Below, one piece after another: positions 1 to 8,735 of a stretch of 64,000 bases of DNA. Within the stretch, counting starts at the first letter, position 1. Every line of letters begins with the position of its first letter. The notes below the pieces were generated by a model that had not been told where the DNA came from, did not search any database, and worked only from the letters and a program-made list of their open reading frames with translations. Both the position numbers and the translations under genes were made by a program. The stretch covers positions 2,711 through 66,710 of the forward strand of contig JAKSNX010000001.1 in NCBI GenBank assembly GCA_024405815.1, given 5' to 3'. The DNA is from Paludibacteraceae bacterium (GTDB lineage: Bacteria; Bacteroidota; Bacteroidia; Bacteroidales; Paludibacteraceae).

Positions 1-383
1 TCCTTAAATCCGTCAATAAGCATAATACTGTCTGTATTCATATAATAAGCCGCACCTACAATATAACACTCACTGCCGTCTGGACAATATCCGGGAGCAT
101 ACATAACTGATACCGTATTTACGTCAGGATATGCCACTAAGAATCTTTTAGTGGCTTCCAGACACTCCTTGGAATTCAAGTACCTTTCATCTGATAAATC
201 AAACGAGTTGGCTGCCGCCTCTATCTGCTCAAGTTTAAGATTTATAGACAAAATAGATGCGTCAATGGCATCAACCGCATCTTCTTCTGCAATCTCCAAA
301 GATGCGTCATAGATATACCTGAACTCATAATATCCTCCAACTATCAGAATTATAAGTGCAGTGACACATACAGCTACTGACAT
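1..383 (-). CDS. Hypothetical membrane-anchored protein, N-terminal 127 codons only (gene runs off the left window edge)
   Basis: Not in ORF track because truncated. Manual minus-strand translation from ATG at 383-381 gives MSVAVCVTALIILIVGGYYEFRYIYDASLEIAEEDAVDAIDASILSINLKLEQIEAAANSF... with no stop down to position 1. It has one N-terminal hydrophobic helix followed by a soluble domain. Function is not recognisable from this fragment. Confidence 0.45.
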   Translation of the reverse strand, partial: MSVAVCVTALIILIVGGYYEFRYIYDASLEIAEEDAVDAIDASILSINLKLEQIEAAANSFDLSDERYLNSKECLEATKRFLVAYPDVNTVSVMYAPGYCPDGSECYIVGAAYYMNTDSIMLIDGFK

Positions 384-502
384 ACGTAATGCCAGATTGC
401 CTAAAGATTTACGTCTTTCTTCTCTACTACGCATTATGTTGCTTACTTTATCCTACAAATATACAAAAAAATTGTATCTTTGTATCAAAGATTTACATAA
501 AT

Positions 503-2032
503 ATGCATACTAATTATAATCGCAGAGTTACAAACGCTGTTTTTGTGGGAGGTTTACAAGTAGGTGGTAATGCTCCTATAAGAGTGCAGTCAATGCTAAA
601 CACATCCACTAATGATACTGAAGCCTGTGTGGCACAAGCCATAAGGATAATAGAGGCAGGTGGTGAAATTGTGCGTCTTACAACACAAGGTGAGCGTGAG
701 GCTGCAAATATGGCAAATGTAAGGTCTGGACTCAATGAGGCAGGACACTCAGACATACCACTTGTGGCAGACGTACATTTTAACCCAAAGGCGGCTTTTG
801 AGGCGGCAAAACACATTGAAAAGGTCAGAATAAACCCAGGTAATTTTGCCCAGACACTTAAGGAGGCTGATGAAAAGTTTACAGCCCTGCTTGACCTATG
901 CAAGAAAAACGGTGTTGCAATACGCTTAGGTGTGAATCACGGTTCTCTTAGCAAGCGTATTATGAATAAATACGGCGATACTCCAGAGGGAATGGTTGAG
1001 AGTTGTATGGAGTACCTGAGAATATGCAAAAGAGAAAATTTCACCAATGTGGTAATATCTGTCAAGGCATCCAACGTAAGGGTTATGGTGCATACCGTAA
1101 GGCTTATGGCTGCCACTATGGATGCCGAGGGACTTAACTTTCCACTGCACCTTGGCGTAACAGAGGCAGGGAACGATTATGAGGGCAGGGTTAAAAGTGC
1201 CGTTGGCATAGGCACATTACTTGCAGACGGCATTGGCGATACCATAAGGGTTTCTCTTAGCGAAGCCCCAGAAAGGGAAATTCCTGTAGCCAAGCAGATT
1301 GTAAGGGTTATTGAAGATAGGGCTTCTGCACAACCTATACAGGATATTGACACATCTTTTATAAATCCATATAAATATATCAGGCGTAATTCCGTTAAGA
1401 TTGGTACCTTTGGTGGCGGTCAGGTTCCCGAGATTCTAAACGCCACAGACAAAGTTCCTTCAGGTGTGCTTGAATGTGAGTTGAAAACCAATAATGCCAT
1501 AGGTGAGGCTATGACTTTCTTTGCAAAATTAAATTTTTCAAATGATAGCTCTCCTGTCGTAATATCACGCCATTACGGACCTATGCCTACAGAAGAACTT
1601 ATAGTGAGGGCATCGTGTGAATTGGGGCCTCTCTTTATTGACGGACTTGGAGACGGACTTCGCATAACAGCTGACGGTGTTTCTAAAGAAGACTTGGAAA
1701 ACCTTATGCTCACCATTCTGCAAGCGGCTCGTGCCAGAATGAGCAAAACAGAATATATATCCTGCCCAAGTTGCGGACGCACCTTGTTTGACATTGAGGG
1801 TACGATAGCTAAAATAAAGTCTGCCACAAGCGGCTATCCAAACCTTAAAATAGGGATTATGGGGTGCATTGTAAACGGTCCTGGAGAGATGGCTGATGCA
1901 GATTTTGGCTACGTAGGTGCGGCACCAGGAAAAATAAGCCTTTATAAAGGACAGACAGTGGTTCGCCGCAACATTCCTCAAGAGGAAGCGGTTGATGCGT
2001 TGATAGAACTAATTGAAAGTTCAAAAAATTAG
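503..2032 (+). CDS. ispG: 4-hydroxy-3-methylbut-2-enyl diphosphate synthase (long form with inserted domain), 509 aa
   Basis: ORF 389..2032. Start chosen at the internal ATG at 503 (MHTNYNRRVTNAVFVGG...). GcpE/IspG hallmarks are present: APIRVQSM, RINPGN, and the C-terminal Fe-S motifs CPSCGRT and GCIVNGPGE. Confidence 0.9.
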   Translation: MHTNYNRRVTNAVFVGGLQVGGNAPIRVQSMLNTSTNDTEACVAQAIRIIEAGGEIVRLTTQGEREAANMANVRSGLNEAGHSDIPLVADVHFNPKAAFEAAKHIEKVRINPGNFAQTLKEADEKFTALLDLCKKNGVAIRLGVNHGSLSKRIMNKYGDTPEGMVESCMEYLRICKRENFTNVVISVKASNVRVMVHTVRLMAATMDAEGLNFPLHLGVTEAGNDYEGRVKSAVGIGTLLADGIGDTIRVSLSEAPEREIPVAKQIVRVIEDRASAQPIQDIDTSFINPYKYIRRNSVKIGTFGGGQVPEILNATDKVPSGVLECELKTNNAIGEAMTFFAKLNFSNDSSPVVISRHYGPMPTEELIVRASCELGPLFIDGLGDGLRITADGVSKEDLENLMLTILQAARARMSKTEYISCPSCGRTLFDIEGTIAKIKSATSGYPNLKIGIMGCIVNGPGEMADADFGYVGAAPGKISLYKGQTVVRRNIPQEEAVDALIELIESSKN

Positions 2033-2048
2033 CGTCAGCTATACTCAA

Positions 2049-2088
2049 TAAAAAAGCCCATACCGCAAACGCGATATGGACTTTTTAT
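2049..2088. terminator. Bidirectional intrinsic terminator between convergent ispG and pckA
   Basis: AGCCCATA (2054-2061) pairs with TATGGACT (2074-2081) with one mismatch. The hairpin is flanked by an A-run on the left and TTTTT on the right. Confidence 0.5.
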
Positions 2089-2104
2089 TATGAACTAATC
2101 CTAA

Positions 2105-3709
2105 TTATAGTTTTGGACCAGCGGCTACAAGAGCTTTACCAGCCTCATTGCCTGTGTATTTGTCAAAGTTCTTGATAAAGCGTGAAGCAAGGTCTTTTGC
2201 CTTAACCTCCCACTCAGACGCATCTTTGTATGTATCACGTGGGTCAAGAATGTTAGGGTCAACACCTGGAAGTGCTGTTGGAACCTCAAAGTCAAACATA
2301 GGGATTTTCTTTGTAGGAGCAGTCTTGATAGCACCACCAAGGATAGCGTCTATAATACCACGAGTATCGCGGATAGAGATACGCTTGCCTGTTCCGTTCC
2401 AACCTGTATTAACAAGGTATGCCTTAGCACCCGATTTCTCCATTTTCTTTACAAGCTCCTCAGCATATTTTGTTGGGTGAAGCTCAAGGAATGCCTGACC
2501 AAAGCAAGCAGAGAATGTAGGAGTAGGCTCTGTAATGCCACGCTCTGTACCTGCAAGTTTAGCTGTAAATCCGCTTAAGAAATAGTATTTTGTCTGCTCT
2601 GGAGTAAGAATAGATACCGGAGGCAATACACCAAATGCATCAGCAGATAGGAATATTACGTTCTGTGCGGCAGGAGCTGCAGAGATAGGTGCTTGAATAT
2701 TCTTAATATGGTTAATTGGATAAGAAACACGTGTGTTCTCTGTTACGCTCTTATCTGCAAAATCAATCTTGCCGTTAGCATCAACTGTAACGTTCTCAAG
2801 AAGTGCGTTACGCTTAATAGCGTTGTAAATATCAGGCTCGCTCTCCTTATCAAGGTTGATAACCTTTGCATAGCAACCACCCTCAAAGTTGAATACGCCG
2901 TTGTCGTCCCAACCGTGCTCATCATCACCTATAAGTTTACGTTTTGGGTCTGTAGAAAGGGTTGTCTTACCTGTACCTGAAAGACCAAAGAATATTGCTG
3001 TCTCCTTGCCTTCCATATTGCAGTTAGCGGAGCAGTGCATTGAAGCCATACCCTGAAGAGGAAGATAGTAGTTCATCATAGAGAACATACCTTTCTTCAT
3101 TTCACCGCCGTACCAAGTATTAATGATAACCTGCTCACGAGATGTTACATTGAATGCAACGCAAGTCTCAGAGTTAAGACCAAGCTCCTTGTAGTTCTCT
3201 ACCTTTGCTTTTGAAGCATTGTAAATTACAAAGTTAGGTTCAAAGTTAGCAAGTTCCTCAGCAGATGGCTGAATAAACATATTCTTTACAAAGTGAGCCT
3301 GCCAAGCAACCTCAACAATGAAACGTACAGCCATACGAGAATCTTTGTTAGCACCGCAGAAAGCGTCAACTACATAAAGCTCTTTATTGCAGAGTTCTTT
3401 CTTGGCAATCTCCTTAACCTTTGCCCAAACTTCTTCTGACATTGGGTGATTATCATTCTTATAAGAGTCTGATGTCCACCAAACAGTATCTTTAGATTTG
3501 GCATCCATAACAATGTATTTATCTTTAGGAGAACGTCCTGTATAAACACCTGTCATAACATTAACTGCGCCAAGTTCTGTCTCTTGACCTTTATCAAACC
3601 CTGTTAGTCCTGCTTTTGTCTCAGCAGCAAACAACTCCTCATAAGAAGGGTTGTGTCCTATCACCTTCGCTCCGGTGATACCATACTTAGTTAAATCTAA
3701 ATTTGCCAT
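2105..3709 (-). CDS. pckA: Phosphoenolpyruvate carboxykinase (ATP)
   Basis: 534 aa ORF with the ATP-PEPCK kinase-1a motif [11 protein letters not shown], plus IGDDEHGW and NTGWNG. Confidence 0.95.
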   Translation of the reverse strand: MANLDLTKYGITGAKVIGHNPSYEELFAAETKAGLTGFDKGQETELGAVNVMTGVYTGRSPKDKYIVMDAKSKDTVWWTSDSYKNDNHPMSEEVWAKVKEIAKKELCNKELYVVDAFCGANKDSRMAVRFIVEVAWQAHFVKNMFIQPSAEELANFEPNFVIYNASKAKVENYKELGLNSETCVAFNVTSREQVIINTWYGGEMKKGMFSMMNYYLPLQGMASMHCSANCNMEGKETAIFFGLSGTGKTTLSTDPKRKLIGDDEHGWDDNGVFNFEGGCYAKVINLDKESEPDIYNAIKRNALLENVTVDANGKIDFADKSVTENTRVSYPINHIKNIQAPISAAPAAQNVIFLSADAFGVLPPVSILTPEQTKYYFLSGFTAKLAGTERGITEPTPTFSACFGQAFLELHPTKYAEELVKKMEKSGAKAYLVNTGWNGTGKRISIRDTRGIIDAILGGAIKTAPTKKIPMFDFEVPTALPGVDPNILDPRDTYKDASEWEVKAKDLASRFIKNFDKYTGNEAGKALVAAGPKL

Positions 3710-3849
3710 AATATAATTGATAATTGAAATTTTGGAGTAGCGAGTTAAGAATAAATTTATTTATTATTACGAGTCACGACAAAATTCACAACGAAGTTGT
3801 AAAATTGAAAGTTAAGAGTTAAATAAAATACCCCTTAATTACCAAGTTG

Positions 3850-3879
3850 CAAAATTAAAGATAATTTTTCAAAAACAAA
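3850..3879 (-). promoter_or_regulatory. Candidate Bacteroidota-type promoter for pckA
   Basis: The plus strand reads CAAAATTA (3850-3857), which is TAATTTTG (TAnnTTTG) on the minus strand. CAAA (TTTG) lies at 3876-3879 after an 18 nt spacer. Motif match only. Confidence 0.3.
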
Positions 3880-3941
3880 CCACATTCCCCACTTTTTTTT
3901 ACACAATTCAACAAAAATTTTCAAGATTTAATATTTTGCAC

Positions 3942-3949
3942 TATATTTG
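3942..3949 (+). promoter_or_regulatory. Candidate -7 promoter element (TATATTTG) for metK
   Basis: Exact TAnnTTTG match 63 nt upstream of the metK ATG. The -33 region is only TTTTC-like. Confidence 0.4.
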
Positions 3950-4011
3950 CACCACTAATCGGTGTGGAAAGATTTGATATGCTTGCAACCACACACAAAA
4001 AAAATGCTAAA

Positions 4012-5262
4012 ATGAACTATTTCTTTTCCTCAGAGTCTGTATCAGCAGGACACCCCGATAAGGTTGCAGACCAAATTTCAGATGCCTTACTCGATAATTT
4101 CATAGCCTTAGACCCACAATCTCATGTGGCGTGCGAGACACTTGTAACTACAGGGCAGGTAGTACTTGCAGGCGAGGTTACAACAGATGGTTATGTAGAT
4201 GTGCAAAAAGTTGCAAGAGATGTTATTGACCGTATAGGCTACAACAAGAGCGACTATATGTTTGAGGCACACTCATGTGGCGTGCTTTCTTCCATACACG
4301 AGCAAAGTGCCGATATAAACCGTGGAGTCAGCCGTCAGAACCCGATGGAACAAGGTGCCGGGGACCAAGGTATTATGTTTGGATATGCCTGTTCAGAAAC
4401 CAAAAACTATATGCCTGTCACCATAGATATGGCACACTCCATACTTAAAGAACTTGATGCGTTACGCAAAGAGGGCAGACAAATGCCATATCTCCGCCCC
4501 GATGCCAAGAGTCAGGTTACGGTTGAGTATTCAGAAAACGGAAAACCGCTACGTATTGAGGCAATAGTTGTCTCCACCCAGCACGATGAATTTGATAGCG
4601 ATGATGAGAAAATGCTTAAACGCATAAAAGAAGATGTAAAAAACATTCTTCTTCCGCGTGTGTTTGCCAAAGACAAAGCATACTCAGACCTTAATAAAGG
4701 AGACTTTAAATTGTTTGTGAACCCTACAGGCAAATTTGTCATTGGCGGACCACATGGAGATACAGGACTTACAGGCAGAAAAATCATAGTTGACACTTAC
4801 GGGGGCAGAGGAGCTCACGGAGGTGGTGCTTTTTCAGGCAAAGACCCTTCAAAAGTGGATAGAAGCGCGGCATACGCGGCACGTCACATTGCCAAGAACC
4901 TTGTAGCGGCGGGAGTCTGTGACGAGGTGCTTGTACAGGTGGCTTACGCCATCGGGGTGGCAGAGCCTATGAACCTCTATATAAACACATACGGAACTAA
5001 CAAAACCAAGTTCTCTGATGCAGAAATAGCGGCTAAACTGCCTACCATATTTGATATGAGACCATACGCCATAGAACAACGCCTTAAACTAAGGAACCCC
5101 ATCTATGAGGAGACAGCGTCTTACGGGCACTTTGGCAGAGAGCCACAAATTGTAACAAAACATTTCTCTGATAACGGGAAACAGATTACAAAAGAAGTGG
5201 AGTTGTTCACATGGGAAAAACTGAATGCTGTAAGCGATATTAAAGAAAAAATAATCAAATAA
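4012..5262 (+). CDS. metK: S-adenosylmethionine synthase
   Basis: ORF 3964..5262 begins at GTG. The ATG at 4012 gives [25 protein letters not shown], the canonical MetK N-terminus. GAGDQG and [16 protein letters not shown] are also present. Confidence 0.95.
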   Translation: MNYFFSSESVSAGHPDKVADQISDALLDNFIALDPQSHVACETLVTTGQVVLAGEVTTDGYVDVQKVARDVIDRIGYNKSDYMFEAHSCGVLSSIHEQSADINRGVSRQNPMEQGAGDQGIMFGYACSETKNYMPVTIDMAHSILKELDALRKEGRQMPYLRPDAKSQVTVEYSENGKPLRIEAIVVSTQHDEFDSDDEKMLKRIKEDVKNILLPRVFAKDKAYSDLNKGDFKLFVNPTGKFVIGGPHGDTGLTGRKIIVDTYGGRGAHGGGAFSGKDPSKVDRSAAYAARHIAKNLVAAGVCDEVLVQVAYAIGVAEPMNLYINTYGTNKTKFSDAEIAAKLPTIFDMRPYAIEQRLKLRNPIYEETASYGHFGREPQIVTKHFSDNGKQITKEVELFTWEKLNAVSDIKEKIIK

Positions 5263-5289
5263 CCAAATCACCGAATCACCAGAAAAAAT

Positions 5290-5745
5290 ATGAAAGATTT
5301 ATCAAAACTCAGTATCGGTATTGCGTCAGACCACGCCGGATACCTTCTTAAAGAGGACCTCAAAACATTCCTCAAACCTCTTGTTTATGAGCTAAAGGAT
5401 TTTGGCACCAACTCAGAAAGCAGTTGTGACTACCCCGATTTCGCTCACCCTCTTGCATCTGCCGTAAATGCAGGCGAGTTTGATTTTGGCATAGCCATCT
5501 GCGGTACAGCAAACGGTATGAGTATGACTTGTAACAAGTATCCTAATGTACGTGCCGCACTATGCTGGAAAGATGAGATTGCAAAACTTGCACGCCAACA
5601 TAACGATGCAAACATCATTGGGTTACCAGCCCGCTTTATATCAGAAGCCGAGGCTGAACATTTCTTGGAGACTTTTCTTACCACCGATTTTGAGGGTGGC
5701 AGACATGAGGCTCGTGTTACCAAAATATCCAAAGTAATCAAGTAA
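5290..5745 (+). CDS. rpiB: Ribose-5-phosphate isomerase B (RpiB/LacA/LacB family)
   Basis: 151 aa with IASDHAGY, CGTANGMSMTCNKYPNVRAA and GGRHEARV. Confidence 0.88.
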   Translation: MKDLSKLSIGIASDHAGYLLKEDLKTFLKPLVYELKDFGTNSESSCDYPDFAHPLASAVNAGEFDFGIAICGTANGMSMTCNKYPNVRAALCWKDEIAKLARQHNDANIIGLPARFISEAEAEHFLETFLTTDFEGGRHEARVTKISKVIK

Positions 5746-5749
5746 TTAA

Positions 5750-6850
5750 ATGAGAAACAGCATAGGTAGAAATATCACACTTACACTATTTGGCGAATCT
5801 CACGGCGATGCCGTAGGGGCAGTGCTTGACGGAATGCCTGCAGGAATTGAGGTCAGTGACACCTTTATTGCGGAGCAACTCTCAAAACGCCGTCCATCGG
5901 GTGCCATAGAGACCGCAAGAGTGGAAAATGATGATTTTAAAATCCTAAGCGGTGTGTTTAACGGGCACACCACAGGAGCACCTATTTGTATTCTTATACC
6001 AAACAATAACACACGCAGTGCCGATTATGAAAAGAACTGCGGTATTGCACGCCCCTCTCACGCAGACTACACAGCCCATATAAAATATGACGGTTTTGAA
6101 GACTATAGAGGCGGAGGTCATTTCAGCGGACGTATTACCGCAGGAATTGTGGCTGCAGGTGCCATTGCCGTAAAGACACTTGAGAAACATAACATCAAGA
6201 TAGGCACTCACATACTGAGCTGCGGAGGTGTATCGGATACAGATTTATTGACGGAAGACCCGATTTGCACGGCAAAGTGCATTGACGCACTTAACACAAA
6301 GCCGTTCCCCGTCATTTCTGATATTTCAGACAATATATCAGCAGAGATACTGAAAGCCAAAAACGCACAAGACTCAATAGGAGGCGTAGTGCAAACCGCC
6401 ATAACAGGCTTAAAGGCAGGTGTAGGAGAACCTTGGTTTGATTCACTTGAAGGGGCTATTGCAAATGCGGTATTCTCTATCGGGGGAGTAAAAGGGGTGG
6501 AATTTGGTGCCGGATTCAACTTTGCAAATATAAAAGGGTCTGAAGCCAACGACTGCTTCTGCATAAAAGACGGTAAAATACAAACTATTACAAACAATAA
6601 CGGAGGCATTAATGGTGGCATATCAAACGGAATGCCCGTTATATTCAACACTGCGGTAAAACCCACACCATCAATAGCACAACCTCAGCAAAGTGTTAAT
6701 ATGCTCACATTTCAGGAGCAGACACTTAATCTTATAGGCAGACACGACCCTGCCATAATAAGGCGTATTTGCATAGTGATTTCAAGCATTACAGCCATTG
6801 TATTGTGTGATATGTTGTCTCTTAAAGAAGGAACAGACTACCTTAAATGA
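5750..6850 (+). CDS. aroC: Chorismate synthase
   Basis: 366 aa with LFGESHGDAVGAVLDGMPAG, RPSHADYTA and GRHDP. Confidence 0.93.
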   Translation: MRNSIGRNITLTLFGESHGDAVGAVLDGMPAGIEVSDTFIAEQLSKRRPSGAIETARVENDDFKILSGVFNGHTTGAPICILIPNNNTRSADYEKNCGIARPSHADYTAHIKYDGFEDYRGGGHFSGRITAGIVAAGAIAVKTLEKHNIKIGTHILSCGGVSDTDLLTEDPICTAKCIDALNTKPFPVISDISDNISAEILKAKNAQDSIGGVVQTAITGLKAGVGEPWFDSLEGAIANAVFSIGGVKGVEFGAGFNFANIKGSEANDCFCIKDGKIQTITNNNGGINGGISNGMPVIFNTAVKPTPSIAQPQQSVNMLTFQEQTLNLIGRHDPAIIRRICIVISSITAIVLCDMLSLKEGTDYLK

Positions 6851-7701
6851 TTACAAAAGACAAAAAAATACTGATAGTGGGGCTTGGTCTTATGGGTGGC
6901 AGTTATGCTGATGCACTTACCAAGGCAGGATTTGAGGTTGGTGCCATTACACGCTCACAACGCTCCATAGATTTTGCCATAAAAAACGGAATTATACGGC
7001 ATGGCTTCGTTGAGGTTGAAGCTGACTATGTAGGACAATTTGACATAATAGTATTCTCTCTCTACCCCAAAACATTTGTAGAGTGGATAGAGAGACACCA
7101 ACAATTATTAAAGAGTGGTGCCTTGATAACTGATGTTACGGGAGTAAAAGGTCCTATAGTAGAGAAGATACAGCATATTCTTAGACCCGATGTGGAGTTT
7201 ATTGCGGCTCACCCGATGTGCGGTAAAGAGGTTAGCGGAGTAGAAAACGCATCATCAGATATTTTCATCGGGGCTAATTACATAGTAACACCCACCGCAC
7301 GCAACACAGAAAATGCAATAGAAGAGTGTGAGGCGTTAGGCAAGATATTAGGTTGCACCACAATATCAAGACTTACACCAGAGTACCACGATGAGATAAT
7401 AGGATTTCTGAGCCAACTTACACACTGCATAGCGGTGTCGCTTATGAACTGCAAGGATTCCAAAGACCTTGTAAGATTTACAGGAGACTCATTCAGAGAC
7501 CTTACCCGCATAGCCAGAATCAATGATGAAATGTGGAGTGAGCTATTTCTGTTAAACAAAACTGAACTGCTTAAGCAGATGGATTTGTTTGCATCTCAAT
7601 TCAGCAGAATACGTGAAGCGGTTGCAAACGGTGATACCGACACACTTAAAGAGATGATGAAAATATCAACTGAACGTAGAAACTATTTTAATAAGATATG
7701 A
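6847..7701 (+). CDS. tyrA: Prephenate dehydrogenase
   Basis: 284 aa with an N-terminal Rossmann motif (ILIVGLGLMGGS) and AAHPMCGKE. Its start overlaps the aroC stop (ATGA). Confidence 0.8.
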   Translation: MITKDKKILIVGLGLMGGSYADALTKAGFEVGAITRSQRSIDFAIKNGIIRHGFVEVEADYVGQFDIIVFSLYPKTFVEWIERHQQLLKSGALITDVTGVKGPIVEKIQHILRPDVEFIAAHPMCGKEVSGVENASSDIFIGANYIVTPTARNTENAIEECEALGKILGCTTISRLTPEYHDEIIGFLSQLTHCIAVSLMNCKDSKDLVRFTGDSFRDLTRIARINDEMWSELFLLNKTELLKQMDLFASQFSRIREAVANGDTDTLKEMMKISTERRNYFNKI

Positions 7702-8729
7702 ACCTAACTTATAAAAAGGCTCTTTTCCAGCCAGATGAAATTAAGGCAATGTACCCTATTTCTGAAGAGGACAAAGCCAAAAGAGAGATTAACAACAAGG
7801 AGATAAAGGCTGTACTTAGCGGAGAATCAGATAAGATGTTGCTTATAATAGGTCCTTGCTCAGCGGACCATGAGGAGTGCGTAATAGATTATATAAGCCG
7901 TCTGCGTCCTGTACAGGATAAAGTTAAAGACAAGCTTGTAATTGTTCCAAGAATATACACAAACAAGCCAAGAACCACAGGAGCAGGATATAAGGGTATG
8001 CTACACCAACCAAATCCACTTGCAGACCCAGATATACACCAAGGTCTTATAGCAATCAGAAAACTGCACCGCAGAGCTTTAAGCGAGACTGGATTCTCCT
8101 GTGCCGATGAGATGCTCTACCCAGAGAACCACCAGTTCCTTTCTGACCTGCTATCATACGTGGCAGTAGGTGCAAGAAGCGTTGAGAATCAATATCACCG
8201 CCTTGTAGCAAGCGGACTTGACATACCTGTGGGTATGAAAAACCCTACCAGTGGCGATATGTCAGTTATGATGAACTCAATAAAGGCGGCACAAGACGGA
8301 CACACATTCATATTCAGGACTTGGGAAGTGCAAAGTACAGGCAATAAATTCTCCCACGCTATTTTACGTGGCTACGTAGATAACTACGGAGTAACGCACC
8401 CTAACTACCATTATGAGGATTTGTGCCACTTAGTGGAGTTATATCATAAATCATCTAATCTGCAAAATCCAGGCGTAATAGTGGATTGCAACCACTCTAA
8501 TTCAGCAAAACAATACTTAGAGCAAATCCGTATATCAAAAGAGGTACTACACTGTATGCGTCATAGTGCAGATATAAAATCACTAGTAAAAGGGCTTATG
8601 ATAGAGTCTTACATAGAAGACGGGGCACAAAGCATAGGTGAATGCACATACGGTAAATCCATCACAGACCCATGCCTTGGTTGGGAGAAGACAGAACGCC
8701 TTATTTATGACCTTGCAGACCTTCTGTAA
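7698..8729 (+). CDS. aroG: 3-deoxy-7-phosphoheptulonate (DAHP) synthase, class I (AroF/G/H-like)
   Basis: 343 aa, colinear with the E. coli AroG pattern: IIGPCS, PRIYTNKPRTT, GARSVENQ, GMKNPTSG, DCNHSNS, YGKSITDPCLGWE. Which isozyme (F, G or H) it is cannot be told. Confidence 0.88.
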   Translation: MNLTYKKALFQPDEIKAMYPISEEDKAKREINNKEIKAVLSGESDKMLLIIGPCSADHEECVIDYISRLRPVQDKVKDKLVIVPRIYTNKPRTTGAGYKGMLHQPNPLADPDIHQGLIAIRKLHRRALSETGFSCADEMLYPENHQFLSDLLSYVAVGARSVENQYHRLVASGLDIPVGMKNPTSGDMSVMMNSIKAAQDGHTFIFRTWEVQSTGNKFSHAILRGYVDNYGVTHPNYHYEDLCHLVELYHKSSNLQNPGVIVDCNHSNSAKQYLEQIRISKEVLHCMRHSADIKSLVKGLMIESYIEDGAQSIGECTYGKSITDPCLGWEKTERLIYDLADLL

Positions 8730-8735
8730 CCGCTT

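Noticed and set aside
389-502. N-terminal extensions offered by the ORF track: 389 for ispG, 3964 for metK, 33128 for the peptidase, 37803 for mutL, 40477 for fmt, 46801 for the lipoprotein, 47797 for pepD, 50967 for ftsB-like, 52189 for GT-Wzx and 55695 for wzx.
   Set aside because: In each case an internal ATG reproduces the canonical family N-terminus or a proper signal peptide. The extension is hydrophobic or low-complexity junk, overlaps an upstream gene or terminator, or begins at GTG/TTG.
3900-4011. SAM-I (S-box) riboswitch upstream of metK, prompted by a GCAACC string in the leader.
   Set aside because: The leader is only about 55 nt after the likely promoter. It lacks the other S-box hallmarks: the kink-turn region, the four-way junction and the conserved GAGGGA/AGA-GA-AAG segments.
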